Shown piece by piece: positions 1 to 10,154 of a DNA stretch of 64,000 bases. The stretch lies in NCBI GenBank assembly GCA_965219445.1, contig CBDCNQ010000004.1, positions 1,152,001 through 1,216,000 of the forward strand, given 5' to 3'. The notes below the pieces were generated by a model, which saw nothing but the letters and a program-made list of their open reading frames with translations, was not told the DNA's origin and made no database searches. Every line of letters starts with the position of its first letter. Within the stretch, counting starts at the first letter, position 1. Source of the DNA: Longimicrobiales bacterium. Lineage in GTDB: Bacteria; Gemmatimonadota; Gemmatimonadetes; Longimicrobiales; Gaopeijiaceae. The translations under genes and the position numbers were made by a program.

Positions 1-477
1 CACGTCAGTGCCGTTACGGTTGAACCCTCTGAGCGCCTGTTCTTGGTTCACTATACGCTCGAGTCCCTCCTCCTCTCCCGTGTCGCCCCAATCGTGGTTT
101 CCCGCTAGGAAGATTCCCTTGGCCGACGTCCCCGAGACCACCTCGACCTGCGCCTCCAGGAGCCGGAAGTCCTCGGGGTGCCCCTCCCGCAGTCCCTCGT
201 CGTAGACGTTGTCCCCGAGAAAGACCACCGTAGTCGGAACACCACGCTCGTCGAGCGCAGCTACGGCCGTCTTCATGCGTTGAAGGACGGGGTTGTCGTC
301 GAACTCCTCACCTCCAGCGTCCCCCACCAGGAGGAGAACCGCGTCCTGATCGTCTGACCCCTGATCGAAACACTGTGATAAGGGTGTTACGCAGTCACTG
401 TAAAACTGATAGGTGGCGCATGTCGTCGCGACAGCCCATCCGAGGGCGAGCAAGAGCGTCCAGGCCGCCAGCCTCAC
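1..477 (-). CDS. Calcineurin-like metallophosphoesterase, likely lipoprotein (runs off window start)
   Basis: Manual translation from GTG at 477: MRLAAWTLLLALGWAVATTC...LLVGDAG...VFLGDNVY...LAGNHDW, the metallophosphoesterase motifs. Confidence 0.8.
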   Translation of the reverse strand, partial: MRLAAWTLLLALGWAVATTCATYQFYSDCVTPLSQCFDQGSDDQDAVLLLVGDAGGEEFDDNPVLQRMKTAVAALDERGVPTTVVFLGDNVYDEGLREGHPEDFRLLEAQVEVVSGTSAKGIFLAGNHDWGDTGEEEGLERIVNQEQALRGFNRNGTDV

Positions 478-695
478 CGTCCTTCCGCCCAGGCCTCCCT
501 GTTCGCCTCCAGCAGCGACACGATGATCACGTCGTCGTCCATCGTGGATGTACCGGACGCGCATGCGCCCAGCATTGCCAGAGCCGCAAGACCACCCAGC
601 ACCGGTAAAGCCCGTGCGGCGGCGAGCCGCCCTGGGCCGAGCCCCGAGGTCCGGCACCTTGGGCCGACATGCGGCGACCTGAACGGACGAGACAT
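474..695 (-). CDS. Short hypothetical lipoprotein, possibly truncated
   Basis: Hydrophobic stretch and lipobox LGAC; stop overlaps the next GTG start. Confidence 0.35.
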   Translation of the reverse strand: MSRPFRSPHVGPRCRTSGLGPGRLAAARALPVLGGLAALAMLGACASGTSTMDDDVIIVSLLEANREAWAEGR

Positions 696-883
696 ATCGA
701 ATCTCCCTGAGGTCGAAGCGTCGGATGAAGGGATCTTATCCCAGGAAAACATTGGAAGGTCCAAGGACGCCTATACCCGCCCCATCTAGCTCCCACCCTT
801 CGGCGGTGCAAGATCATGTAGCGCACCGTCCGGAGAGCGGATAGTCTTGGCCACCCTACTTCGCAACCCTGGAGAAAGAACCT

Positions 884-1957
884 ATGAAATACCGCCCCCT
901 CGCCAACACCGGTGTTTTCGTATCGGAGCTGTGCCTCGGCGCCATGACCTTCGGCAGCCAGTGGGAGATGATCGGCGCCCTCAATCAGAAAGACGCCGAC
1001 GGGCTCGTGCATCGCTCGCTCGACGAGGGGATCAACTTCTTCGACACGGCCGACGTCTACTCGACCGGTGAGTCCGAAGAGATTCTCGGTCGGTCGTTGA
1101 AGGGCAAGCGTCACGACGTCGTGATCGCCACCAAGGTGCGCGGCCGCATGGGTCCCGGCGCGAACGAGGTCGGACTCTCGCGGCTGCACATCATGCAGGC
1201 CGCCGAAGCGAGTCTGAAACGTCTTGGCACCGACTACATCGACCTCTATCAGATCCACCGATCCGATCCCGAAACCGAGATCGAAGAGACGCTTATCGCG
1301 CTGACTGATCTCGTCCGGGCCGGCAAGGTCCGCTACATCGGGTGCTCCAACATGGAGGCGTGGCAGTTGATGCAGGCGCTGGGAATTTCGGAGCAGCGCG
1401 GCCTCGAGGCGTTCAAGTGTACCCAGTCCTATTACTCGTTGGCCGGACGGGAGTTGGAACAGCAGACCATTCCGCTGATCCAGGACCAGGGGCTCGGCCT
1501 CCTGGTCTGGAGCCCGCTCGCCGGCGGATTTCTTTCCGGAAAATTCACGCGAGAGGGCGGCCCGGAGGGCACGCGCCGAGCCACCTTCGACTTTCCGCCG
1601 ATAGACAAGGAGCAGGGCTTCGACATCGTGGATGTGATGCGGCCCATTGCTGAGACCCACGGCGCCTCCGTCGCCCGGGTGGCGCTCGCTTGGCTGCTCC
1701 ACAAGGAAGCCGTGACCAGTGTGATCATTGGGGCAAGACGGATGGACCAACTCGAGGACAACTTCGGATCGGTCGATCTGACACTCACCGCCGAAGAGGT
1801 CGAGCGACTCGACGAAGTGAGCAAGATCCCTCTGGGATATCCTGCGTGGATGGGCGCGCTCGGAGACGACCGGCGGCCGGGAGAATCGCGTGACCTCGCG
1901 CGGCTGTTGGGGAACGAGGAGGAAGCGGTGAAGGAGGCGGAAGCGGGGGCGGAGTAA
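884..1957 (+). CDS. Aldo/keto reductase
   Basis: LCLGAMTFG, FFDTADVY, SLKRLGTDYIDLYQIH, WSPLAGG motifs; RBS GGAGA. Confidence 0.95.
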   Translation: MKYRPLANTGVFVSELCLGAMTFGSQWEMIGALNQKDADGLVHRSLDEGINFFDTADVYSTGESEEILGRSLKGKRHDVVIATKVRGRMGPGANEVGLSRLHIMQAAEASLKRLGTDYIDLYQIHRSDPETEIEETLIALTDLVRAGKVRYIGCSNMEAWQLMQALGISEQRGLEAFKCTQSYYSLAGRELEQQTIPLIQDQGLGLLVWSPLAGGFLSGKFTREGGPEGTRRATFDFPPIDKEQGFDIVDVMRPIAETHGASVARVALAWLLHKEAVTSVIIGARRMDQLEDNFGSVDLTLTAEEVERLDEVSKIPLGYPAWMGALGDDRRPGESRDLARLLGNEEEAVKEAEAGAE

Positions 1958-2093
1958 CATCCTCTAGCTTGGCACGCGCGATGCCACGACGAACTCGGTC
2001 TGTGAGCAGGGATCGAGTTGCCAGGTTCCCGATCCGCTCGGTACTCTCACCGTCGGCTTCTTCTGGTATACCTGCAAATAAGAGGGGACCACC

Positions 2094-2888
2094 ATGTCAA
2101 TCCGTACTTCCCCACGCCATGTGGCGATGCTCCTGGCCCTCTGCACGGTTGCAGTGGTTGCCTCGGCCGTGCAACAAGCTCATGCCCAGACTCTGGTCGA
2201 GTCCAGCGCTGAAGCACGGTTTCAACTGGATCTCGAGGTGCCCCAGGCGGTGCTCATGCGATTTCTTCCATCGGGCTGGACGACCAACGTTTCCACTCGG
2301 GGAGCGGCTATGGACGCGAACCTCCGTGCCATCTTCATCGAGCGCATGACGATCAACGGGCCCGACGGGAGTCCCTTGGGGGACGGCTCGAACCTGCTGG
2401 TCTATCTCACCGTTCCGGTGACGAATCCGGAGGGAGACAACGTCCAACTCGTCATCGGTGGCATCACGGAGGACCCGGCCGACGCACCTGGGCCCTTTGG
2501 CGTCTATCTGCCGGCGACCACACATACCTTGAAACGCACAACAACCAGCGGATCGGGCCCCATCATCGAGACGCAGGATTGGGTCTTTGCCGCGGCGACG
2601 GGTGAGCATTTGGAGATGCACATCACGTTCGAGCGGGGTGTGGGGAACAGTCGCCCCGCAAGGGACAGGCTGTTTTACTCGGCAAAGAACCCGGATTTCT
2701 ATCAGATCTCCAGGTCACGGCAAGTTCTGGATATCTTACGAAACGTGACGACGACACCACGCGACCGGGTCCGGGAGTTCTCGTTCACGGCCGGGGGCGG
2801 TAGCTACGCAGGGCTGTTCGACGGCACCGAGAGGCTCTTGAGCTGGGACAACATCGTGTGGCTGAACCAGGAAGTGCTTCTGCCGTAA
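2094..2888 (+). CDS. Exported hypothetical protein
   Basis: Signal peptide ending AHA-Q; RBS GAGGGG; 264 aa. Confidence 0.7.
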   Translation: MSIRTSPRHVAMLLALCTVAVVASAVQQAHAQTLVESSAEARFQLDLEVPQAVLMRFLPSGWTTNVSTRGAAMDANLRAIFIERMTINGPDGSPLGDGSNLLVYLTVPVTNPEGDNVQLVIGGITEDPADAPGPFGVYLPATTHTLKRTTTSGSGPIIETQDWVFAAATGEHLEMHITFERGVGNSRPARDRLFYSAKNPDFYQISRSRQVLDILRNVTTTPRDRVREFSFTAGGGSYAGLFDGTERLLSWDNIVWLNQEVLLP

Positions 2889-2926
2889 CTTGCGCCCGCT
2901 TTGGCCGACAATTGATGGGGAGGGAA

Positions 2927-4522
2927 ATGAGCTTCATTGGAAGACTTGGCGTCTTCGTGCTTCTTTGCATGACGTCCGCGTGTCGGCAGAGCTCCGGAGA
3001 AGCCTCGGTGAGCGAGCCCACTCTGGCGATTCTCATGGTGGTCGATCAGCTCCGACCCGATCTCCTCGAGCGGTATGACGCTCTCTTCGTGGGAGGTTTC
3101 CGGAGGCTCCTGGACGAGGGCTATCACTTCACAAACGCGACCCACGACCATTCGTTGACAGAGACGGGTCCCGGACACACATCGCTGGCCACCGGGGTCC
3201 ATCCGACTCGCCACGGGATCGTGGGGAACTCGTGGTCTGAGTTCATTGAGGGCGAGTGGCGCCGAATCTACTCGATGGAGGATCTGAATAGTCCGATTCT
3301 GGGAAATCCAGAGCTTCGAGGACGGTCCTCGGCGAACATCGGCCGTCGAGGTCTTCCGGACTGGATCGTGGACCATGATCCGCGGTCACGCGTGGTGTCG
3401 ATCTCCAGGAAGGATCGCGCGGCGATCGGGATGGCGGCGAAGGCCGTAGGGGAGGTCTACTGGCTCACCGACCGAGGCAGCGAGTTCATCACCTCCGACT
3501 TTTACCACTCCGAGTACCCGGCTTGGGTAGCGGAATTCAACGCGACCACCATGCCGCTCCTCTACTCCGACACGATATGGGAGAGCAGACTTCCGCCTGA
3601 AGCCCTGTCTCTGAGTCGTCCGGACACCTCGCGATTCGAGTTGGATGGGGTTCATAGCGCCTTTCCCCATCTAGCGAGCGAGACCGTGGATGCCACTGAT
3701 CCAGGTGCGTTGAATTACTGGAGGTTCCGGTTTACTCCGTTCCCGGACCGAGCAGTGCTCTCCCTTGCTTCCCAAGCCATTCGGGAACTCCGGCTAGGAC
3801 AGCGAGAAAGTGTGGACTACTTGGGAATCTCCCTTTCTCAGACGGATCTCATGGGGCACATCTTCGGACCCCACAGCCGAGAGCAGCTCGATAACCTTCT
3901 CAGGCTCGATTTGGAGCTGGACCGGTTCTTCTCACTGCTCGATGAGACTGTCGGTGCGGGGGGCTGGGTCGTTGCGGTTTCCGCAGACCATGGCGTTATG
4001 GAGATTCCGGAACATCTCGTCGAGAGGGGAATCGACGCCACGCGGATCAGCCGGGGAGAACGCAGGGACCTACGGGAGTACATTCAACGGACGGTCGACG
4101 GCCTGGGTGAGGACGACGTTCAAGAAGACGCGGTAAAGGAGGCTCTCATGGCGTGGCCGCACGTCGCTGCCGCCTACACCTTCTCCGAGGTGGAGAACGG
4201 AGTGCCGGCTGATTCGTTCCAGGTGTTTTTCGCTCACTCCCACTCGAGGACCCGGGTTGTGCCCCCGGCTGGGTCGGCCGGTGTCTACGTGCGCTTCGAG
4301 CCGAATGTGCTTGCCTTGAGCAGGAACTCAGCAAGCCACGGCACCCCGTATTACTATGACCGCCACGTCCCCGTGATCTTTTTCGGAGGAGCGATCGGGC
4401 CCGGCGTGTCGAACGATCCGGTTGCGACGGTGGATGTCGCTCCGACGCTCGCTCGGCTCATCGGCACGCCAGCCCCGGACGACCTCGACGGCAGAGTGTT
4501 GGAGAGCGTGCTCGATCACTAG
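2927..4522 (+). CDS. Alkaline phosphatase superfamily protein, PafA-like lipoprotein
   Basis: VVDQLR, TETGPGHTSLATG (Thr nucleophile), DLMGH, SADHG, SHG motifs. Confidence 0.9.
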   Translation: MSFIGRLGVFVLLCMTSACRQSSGEASVSEPTLAILMVVDQLRPDLLERYDALFVGGFRRLLDEGYHFTNATHDHSLTETGPGHTSLATGVHPTRHGIVGNSWSEFIEGEWRRIYSMEDLNSPILGNPELRGRSSANIGRRGLPDWIVDHDPRSRVVSISRKDRAAIGMAAKAVGEVYWLTDRGSEFITSDFYHSEYPAWVAEFNATTMPLLYSDTIWESRLPPEALSLSRPDTSRFELDGVHSAFPHLASETVDATDPGALNYWRFRFTPFPDRAVLSLASQAIRELRLGQRESVDYLGISLSQTDLMGHIFGPHSREQLDNLLRLDLELDRFFSLLDETVGAGGWVVAVSADHGVMEIPEHLVERGIDATRISRGERRDLREYIQRTVDGLGEDDVQEDAVKEALMAWPHVAAAYTFSEVENGVPADSFQVFFAHSHSRTRVVPPAGSAGVYVRFEPNVLALSRNSASHGTPYYYDRHVPVIFFGGAIGPGVSNDPVATVDVAPTLARLIGTPAPDDLDGRVLESVLDH

Positions 4523-4564
4523 CTGGGATCGGGATGCACGGGCTTCACGACCCGAGTAGGGGCC

Positions 4565-6076
4565 TCACTCCACCCACGAAAGAACCTCCTCGAACGTCTC
4601 CACGGAGATTCCGAGCGCCAACTGGTCGACCAGAGCGCGCTGGACTCGGCTCCACTCCGCATCCCATTCGTCGTAGTCGAAGAGGCGGGCATTTCGGTTG
4701 TTCAGCTGGAGCTGCCACGGGTCTCCGTCGAACTCGCCCTCGCGAAACGACCCTTCCTGATGTGCAGTGATGGTGAATTCCGCCACAGCCCGGCCGTCCA
4801 GGTTCATGAGGAGTACCTCCGCCTCGGCCCGCACGACACGCTCCCCCGAAATGATCCGGTAGGTCACCGTGTCACCGATCTCGTACGTGACCCTTCTCTG
4901 GCTCGAGGTTCTGCTCGAATTCTGATCGGAGTTCCGGCCTCCGCCCCAACCGCGGCCTCGGCACTCGTCCCGGTCCAGTCCGACCCCACGACCTCGGTCC
5001 TGCCCACGGCCCGGTCCGACACATTCGTCACGGGTCGCATCTCGATCCCGATCCCGACTCCGATCCACATTCTGCCTGCGGATCACAGCGGTGCGCTCTT
5101 CGACCCTGAAGTCCTCGTCCGAGATCCTGATCGAGGTGACTTCGACCATGACGCCGTAGTCCGCACCGATGAGGTTCAGGGCCCGCCCGACCAAGGCCGG
5201 GGACTGTGGAATCCGCCCGCGCAGCAGCCCGCGAAGTTCCCGCCTTAGAATGTTGGCGTCCGCCATTTGCACGAACGGCGGTGCGTCCCGCCAATACCCG
5301 GTCTCCATGCCCTCGTCGAGTTCGATCTCGAGCTCGCTACCGACTATGTCACGCACCCGGCCGGTCGCGGACACGGGTAGAGCAGCGACGACCACCGTCC
5401 CCATCTCCAACGCCCGATCCTGAAGATCACGCACTTCCAGGACGATCGCCCGAGGTGTCGAACGGCGTACGGACAGAGCCCGCTCGGCGATGCCGTACGC
5501 GGCTCTTGGCCTTCGGTCTCCTAGCTCGACCTCAGCCCAGTCGATGAGGACGCGCGTTTGGGCGTCCAAAGACGCCTCCCTTTGGTCCCGCGACGGCGAG
5601 AACTCGCCCCGCGCGGAAGCGAAAGCCCGGACGGCGTTCCGCCATCGACCCTCACGCGAGGCGTCCTCACCCTCGGCCATATACCACTCGATAGCCCGGT
5701 CGTATGCCGTCCGGCGAGCCACCCGGTAATCCGCGGGTTCCGTGAGCCGCATCCCGACCGAGCGCACACGTGACATGAGTCGATCGATCGCCTGGAACTG
5801 CCCAGCAGCCGCGACGAGCTCACCCCGGCCATCGAGACGATCGGCTTCCTCCAAAGCGAGCATCACGGCCGAATCGCCCACGATCAGCAGCTGGTCCCTC
5901 GCCTCCTGAAGTGCTGGGTCTTTCTCCACCGCGTCCGCATACCGATACGCGGCCTCCATATACCGACCCTGGGCCTGAAGGTCGATGCCCTCGTTGAAAC
6001 GGTCCTCTGCAGACGCGCAAGCCGTCGCGAGGAGTATCGGCGATACGAGAAGCAAGCGTCTGAGCGTCGTGGCCAT
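4565..6076 (-). CDS. TPR-like lipoprotein with Arg/Gly/Asp-rich insert
   Basis: Lipobox ATAC, helical TPR-like N-terminus; divergent from the ECF sigma gene. Confidence 0.75.
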   Translation of the reverse strand: MATTLRRLLLVSPILLATACASAEDRFNEGIDLQAQGRYMEAAYRYADAVEKDPALQEARDQLLIVGDSAVMLALEEADRLDGRGELVAAAGQFQAIDRLMSRVRSVGMRLTEPADYRVARRTAYDRAIEWYMAEGEDASREGRWRNAVRAFASARGEFSPSRDQREASLDAQTRVLIDWAEVELGDRRPRAAYGIAERALSVRRSTPRAIVLEVRDLQDRALEMGTVVVAALPVSATGRVRDIVGSELEIELDEGMETGYWRDAPPFVQMADANILRRELRGLLRGRIPQSPALVGRALNLIGADYGVMVEVTSIRISDEDFRVEERTAVIRRQNVDRSRDRDRDATRDECVGPGRGQDRGRGVGLDRDECRGRGWGGGRNSDQNSSRTSSQRRVTYEIGDTVTYRIISGERVVRAEAEVLLMNLDGRAVAEFTITAHQEGSFREGEFDGDPWQLQLNNRNARLFDYDEWDAEWSRVQRALVDQLALGISVETFEEVLSWVE

Positions 6077-6190
6077 AGTCGATCTCTCTTTAGCCGGTAG
6101 AAATAATCGTCTGCGATTTGGTCTCCCCTCTAGTCTCGGAGTCCAGCACGGGCAGCGCAACGATTTTTCCTACCCCCACGACCCTCGTCC

Positions 6191-6216
6191 GTCACAACCT
6201 CCGCCCCCCGCTCGTT
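6191..6216 (+). promoter_or_regulatory. Candidate ECF promoter GTCAC-N17-CGTT
   Basis: Same motif and spacing at 10062-10087; lies upstream of the ECF sigma gene. Confidence 0.45.
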
Positions 6217-6337
6217 ATCCCATTGGACGGGGGTGGCGAGGCCCTTGCCCCGGGTAGAGTGCTCGGGTCTAATCCCTACGAAGGAATGACGCCCCGTGCG
6301 AGCCGAGCGTCACGCTACTTTCGGGGATCCGAGCCGC

Positions 6338-6841
6338 GTGAATTTTGAAGCGACATTCGAGGAGCTGTACCCGAGCCTCTTCCGGTATTGCCACCGATTG
6401 ACCGGCGATCCGGATCTGGCCGACGACCTCGCCCAGGAGGCGTTCGTGCGGCTGTACGACCGTCGGGTGAAGGGGACAGACGAAGGATTGCGGGCATGGC
6501 TCTTTCGTACGGCCACGCACCTGGTGCGGGATCGGCACCGGGTAAATGAGAACCGACGGAGGCTTCTCGAAGCCTATCCGGTCGAACCGGGCACCTCAGA
6601 GCCGGCCGACGAGGCGGTGCAACGACGAGAGAAGGTGGCCCCCGTGCGCGACGCACTGGCACACCTCAGCGAACGAGAACGGGAGATGCTGCTCATGCGG
6701 CACGCAGGCTTCAGCTATCGCGAGGTCGCTGAAGCAGTCGAGGTCGCGCCGAGCTCGGTGGGCACGCTGTTGGCGCGTGCCGAAAGGAATTTCGTGAATG
6801 TCTATAAGCCTCCAGGGGAGAGTGATGACGCATCCCGATGA
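6338..6841 (+). CDS. ECF RNA polymerase sigma factor
   Basis: Region 2 ADDLAQEAF..AWLFRTA; region 4 GFSYREVAEAV..VGTLLARA. Confidence 0.92.
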   Translation: MNFEATFEELYPSLFRYCHRLTGDPDLADDLAQEAFVRLYDRRVKGTDEGLRAWLFRTATHLVRDRHRVNENRRRLLEAYPVEPGTSEPADEAVQRREKVAPVRDALAHLSEREREMLLMRHAGFSYREVAEAVEVAPSSVGTLLARAERNFVNVYKPPGESDDASR

Positions 6842-7679
6842 CGGACGGCTTCGTGCCCTGATCGACGAGGAGTTGGCCGACGCGGACGCGAGGGCCGTGC
6901 GGCTGCACCTGGAGGACTGTGAGGCCTGCCGGAGCCGGATGGCCGAGCTCGAACGGCGCGCCGTGCTGGTCAGCCGGGCACTGGAGCAGCTCGACACGGC
7001 TGCACCGACCTCCGCAGCGCGTGACGCTGTGCTCGAACGCATCGGGTCGTCGCCCCGTGGGGAGCGGGTCGGCCCCATCTGGCAAGTCACTCCCGTGGAG
7101 GGACCCAGGTCGGAGAGCCGTGCGAGACCGTTCCGCACACCGCTCGCCCGCGCCGCCGTGCTGGTGCTGCTGCTCGGCGCCGGTGTCGTAACGGCACTGC
7201 CGGCCTCACCTGTACGGGGATGGATCGTCGCCGGTTGGGCCCGGACCATCGATCTCTTAGATTCCCCCGACAATGCGGGGACGCCGGTCGGTCCCAGCGA
7301 CGCCACCCTCCCGACTCCGGACGGAAACGTTGGGGCCCAGGACGGCACGCTCGCGGGAGTTCGACTCGATGCCCCCGGAGAAGAAATCTCGATCGAGCTT
7401 CGCGGGATGGGCTCCGGCGGTTTGATCGTGGTGCGTATCGTCCCGGGTGGAGAGGCCGGCGCTTTCGCCGACGACCCGGCCACCTTCCGGACCGGCGAGG
7501 GCCGCATTGAGGTTTTGGACGCGGCAGACCTTGTCTTCGTGGATATCCCTCAGGACGCCGCTGCCGCATCGATTGAGGTGAACGGTGGTATATACCTCAG
7601 AAAGGAAGGCGACCAGATCGACGTGACTGGTCCCGTCGAGGCGAGAACGGCGGAGGAAATCCACCTGAGGGTTCGATAG
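6825..7679 (+). CDS. Zinc-binding (ZAS) transmembrane anti-sigma factor
   Basis: H...HLEDCEAC (HxxxCxxC), one TM helix, overlaps sigma gene. Confidence 0.88.
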   Translation: MTHPDDGRLRALIDEELADADARAVRLHLEDCEACRSRMAELERRAVLVSRALEQLDTAAPTSAARDAVLERIGSSPRGERVGPIWQVTPVEGPRSESRARPFRTPLARAAVLVLLLGAGVVTALPASPVRGWIVAGWARTIDLLDSPDNAGTPVGPSDATLPTPDGNVGAQDGTLAGVRLDAPGEEISIELRGMGSGGLIVVRIVPGGEAGAFADDPATFRTGEGRIEVLDAADLVFVDIPQDAAAASIEVNGGIYLRKEGDQIDVTGPVEARTAEEIHLRVR

Positions 7680-7716
7680 CCTGCGGGATTGAACCTGGAG
7701 GAATCCTGGTAGACCA

Positions 7717-10044
7717 ATGATGTCCCCCCTCATGCTCGCGGCAACGCTTCTGGTCATGCAGGTGCCGGCCGACGGAGTGACGCCTGACGGAGCCGTCCCG
7801 GGGGGGGAGATACCCGGTGACGAGATCGTCTCCGGAGTGATCGAGGGGGTCGTGCGCACCTACGAGGGGACGAACGTGCGCCCCCTCCCCTTTGCCATCA
7901 TTCAGGCGTCGCTCCCGGGGGAGTTGCGGACCACCCTGGCCGACAGCCTGGGGAGATACCGCTTAGAGGCGGTGCCGCAGGGGACGGTGCTCTTGCGGAT
8001 CAGCCATGTCGGCCACCGTTCTGCGCGCGTGAACGTGGCGGTACCGGACGGCGAAACCGTCCTCCTCGACATCGATCTCGAATGGAACCCCATCGCCATT
8101 ACGGCCATCAGGGTCCTGGCCGATCGGATCCCCTCGCCAAGAGCGCCAGCGCAATTGGACACGCCCATTCCCAGAGTCGAGGTGATCGCTCTCGGGGTGA
8201 GCGCAGGAATGGCCGAGGCTGGACTCGGCGAGGCGGCGGCAGCCCTGCCCGGCAACGATCCGGCCGATCCCTCGGACGTCCTGTTTATGCGCGGCTCGAC
8301 GACCGATCTGAAGCTCGTGCTGCTCGACGGAGCGCCCGTCTATACGCCGTTCCACCTCGGTGGTCTGCTCAGCAGTTTCGATGCATCAGCGCTCGGAGCG
8401 GCAGTTTTGCATACCGGGGGCGCTCCCGCGCGCTACGACGGGGGGCTGTCCTACATCCTGGACCTGAGGACTCGCCCTCCCCAGCGTGACCGGTTCCACG
8501 TGCGTGGAGGCCTCGACCTCATCAGCGGGAATATCGCGGCGGAAGGACCGATCGGGGACCGTGTGGGTGTCGCGGCCTCCAGCCGAAGCCTGCACGACTA
8601 CGGCGCCGCGGTCTTGGGTGGTGGGCACACGCCGTACGGGTATCGGGACGCTCTTGGGCGAGTCGATGCGAGCCTGGGTGCCGGACACGTCCTAAGCGCC
8701 ACTGCATTCTGGAATCAGGAGTCCGTCCTCCTGAATCTGAACCGAACCGACTCGGACCCGAGTGCGTCGTTCGTAGTCCCCGAGAGTGCGACATGGGGCA
8801 ATCAAGCGCTTGTCATCGCCTACCGCGGGAGAGTGGCCGACGTCACCCTCGACGTGACGGCGTCCGCAAGCGGATACCGGGCCAAGCTTCCACTGCGGCC
8901 ACCCCCGGACGCCCAAACTCCGGCCGTGGAGAACGACGGGCTCCTTGCTGGTGCGGAGACCGAGCGGTTGCGTCTGGCCCTCGACGGTTCCGCCCCACTG
9001 GGCGTATCCCGGCTCCGATTTGGAGCCACGCTGGACCGGACAGAGAGCCTCTACTCGGCCCGCCGCTTCGCGGATGTCGGGACGGGCACCGGAGTCGATA
9101 CGAAGGCAGACGGGCTCGCAGCGGGAGTGTATGCGGACGGTGTACGGGGCTTGGCTCCGGGCCTCGACCTTCGGGTCGGCTTGCGCGCTGACGCGTTCTC
9201 GACGGAACGAGGAGTCCGCCTCGCACCCCGGGTCGCTTTCCTCTGGAGTCTGAGTGCCGAGGCGCTCCTGACGGTGGCAGCCGGTCGGTACCACCAGTTT
9301 TCGCGTGTATCAGATCAGCGGGTGGACTTCACGGTGTCGGACGGAGCGCTCGGGGCCCCCGGGGGAACGCTCCTCTCGGTCGCGACAGCGGACCACGTAG
9401 CTGTGTCGCTGGATCAGCAGCTGACCGATCGCGTACGCCTCGGCATCCAAGGCTTCTGGAAAGGGTTCACCGGCCTGGGAGTGTCCGGAAGTGAAGTCCT
9501 CCACAGCCCCGGCATCGACCTCCAAGTGCTCCACGAGGGGGCTCCGATCACGGCATGGGTCGGATACAACCTGTCCTGGTTCTGGTCCGGGGGAAGCGGA
9601 CTAGGCGGAACCTCGAACTTCGCCGGCCGGCAGCTTCTCAGCGCTGGCTTGAGGGGGTCACCCGAGGGACGGATCGGGGGAGCGGTGAGCATAGGATACA
9701 GCGCGGGCCTGCCCTACACGAGTATCCCGTTCGGGAGCAGAACCGCCGAGGATGCCACCCTTTCACCAGCGACTGCCCTTCCGGGTGAACTCGCGCAAGA
9801 GGATCCGGCGTTCTCGGGGCGCCCCGATGACGGATTCCTGCGCCTCGACGTCGAGTTGTTCACTCGTTTCAACGCACGGATCCTCGGACAAGACTTCGAC
9901 GTCCGACCCTACCTCCGGGTGATCAACGCGCTCGACCAGCGCGACGCGCTCTTCTTCTACTTCGAGCCGTGGCGCGATGCTGAGCTTCGCCCGCTCGCAG
10001 AGCGTAGTCTCCTCCCCGTTCTCGGTATGGAGTGGCGTTTCTGA
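7717..10044 (+). CDS. TonB-dependent receptor with carboxypeptidase-regulatory-like N-domain
   Basis: Plug motifs MRGS, LLDGAPVY, GGAPARYDG; C-terminal WRF. Confidence 0.88.
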   Translation: MMSPLMLAATLLVMQVPADGVTPDGAVPGGEIPGDEIVSGVIEGVVRTYEGTNVRPLPFAIIQASLPGELRTTLADSLGRYRLEAVPQGTVLLRISHVGHRSARVNVAVPDGETVLLDIDLEWNPIAITAIRVLADRIPSPRAPAQLDTPIPRVEVIALGVSAGMAEAGLGEAAAALPGNDPADPSDVLFMRGSTTDLKLVLLDGAPVYTPFHLGGLLSSFDASALGAAVLHTGGAPARYDGGLSYILDLRTRPPQRDRFHVRGGLDLISGNIAAEGPIGDRVGVAASSRSLHDYGAAVLGGGHTPYGYRDALGRVDASLGAGHVLSATAFWNQESVLLNLNRTDSDPSASFVVPESATWGNQALVIAYRGRVADVTLDVTASASGYRAKLPLRPPPDAQTPAVENDGLLAGAETERLRLALDGSAPLGVSRLRFGATLDRTESLYSARRFADVGTGTGVDTKADGLAAGVYADGVRGLAPGLDLRVGLRADAFSTERGVRLAPRVAFLWSLSAEALLTVAAGRYHQFSRVSDQRVDFTVSDGALGAPGGTLLSVATADHVAVSLDQQLTDRVRLGIQGFWKGFTGLGVSGSEVLHSPGIDLQVLHEGAPITAWVGYNLSWFWSGGSGLGGTSNFAGRQLLSAGLRGSPEGRIGGAVSIGYSAGLPYTSIPFGSRTAEDATLSPATALPGELAQEDPAFSGRPDDGFLRLDVELFTRFNARILGQDFDVRPYLRVINALDQRDALFFYFEPWRDAELRPLAERSLLPVLGMEWRF

Positions 10045-10061
10045 CGTTTCGTGTGTCTGAC

Positions 10062-10087
10062 GTCACGAATCACTTCGGCAGTTCGTT
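10062..10087 (+). promoter_or_regulatory. Candidate ECF promoter GTCAC-N17-CGTT (second copy)
   Basis: Matches 6191-6216; upstream of the ORF starting at about 10155. Confidence 0.45.
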
Positions 10088-10154
10088 TCTCTGGTGTGGT
10101 GTCCCGGAAGTTCCCTGGACACCGATCCGGTTCCTTTCGACTTGGAGAAACGAG

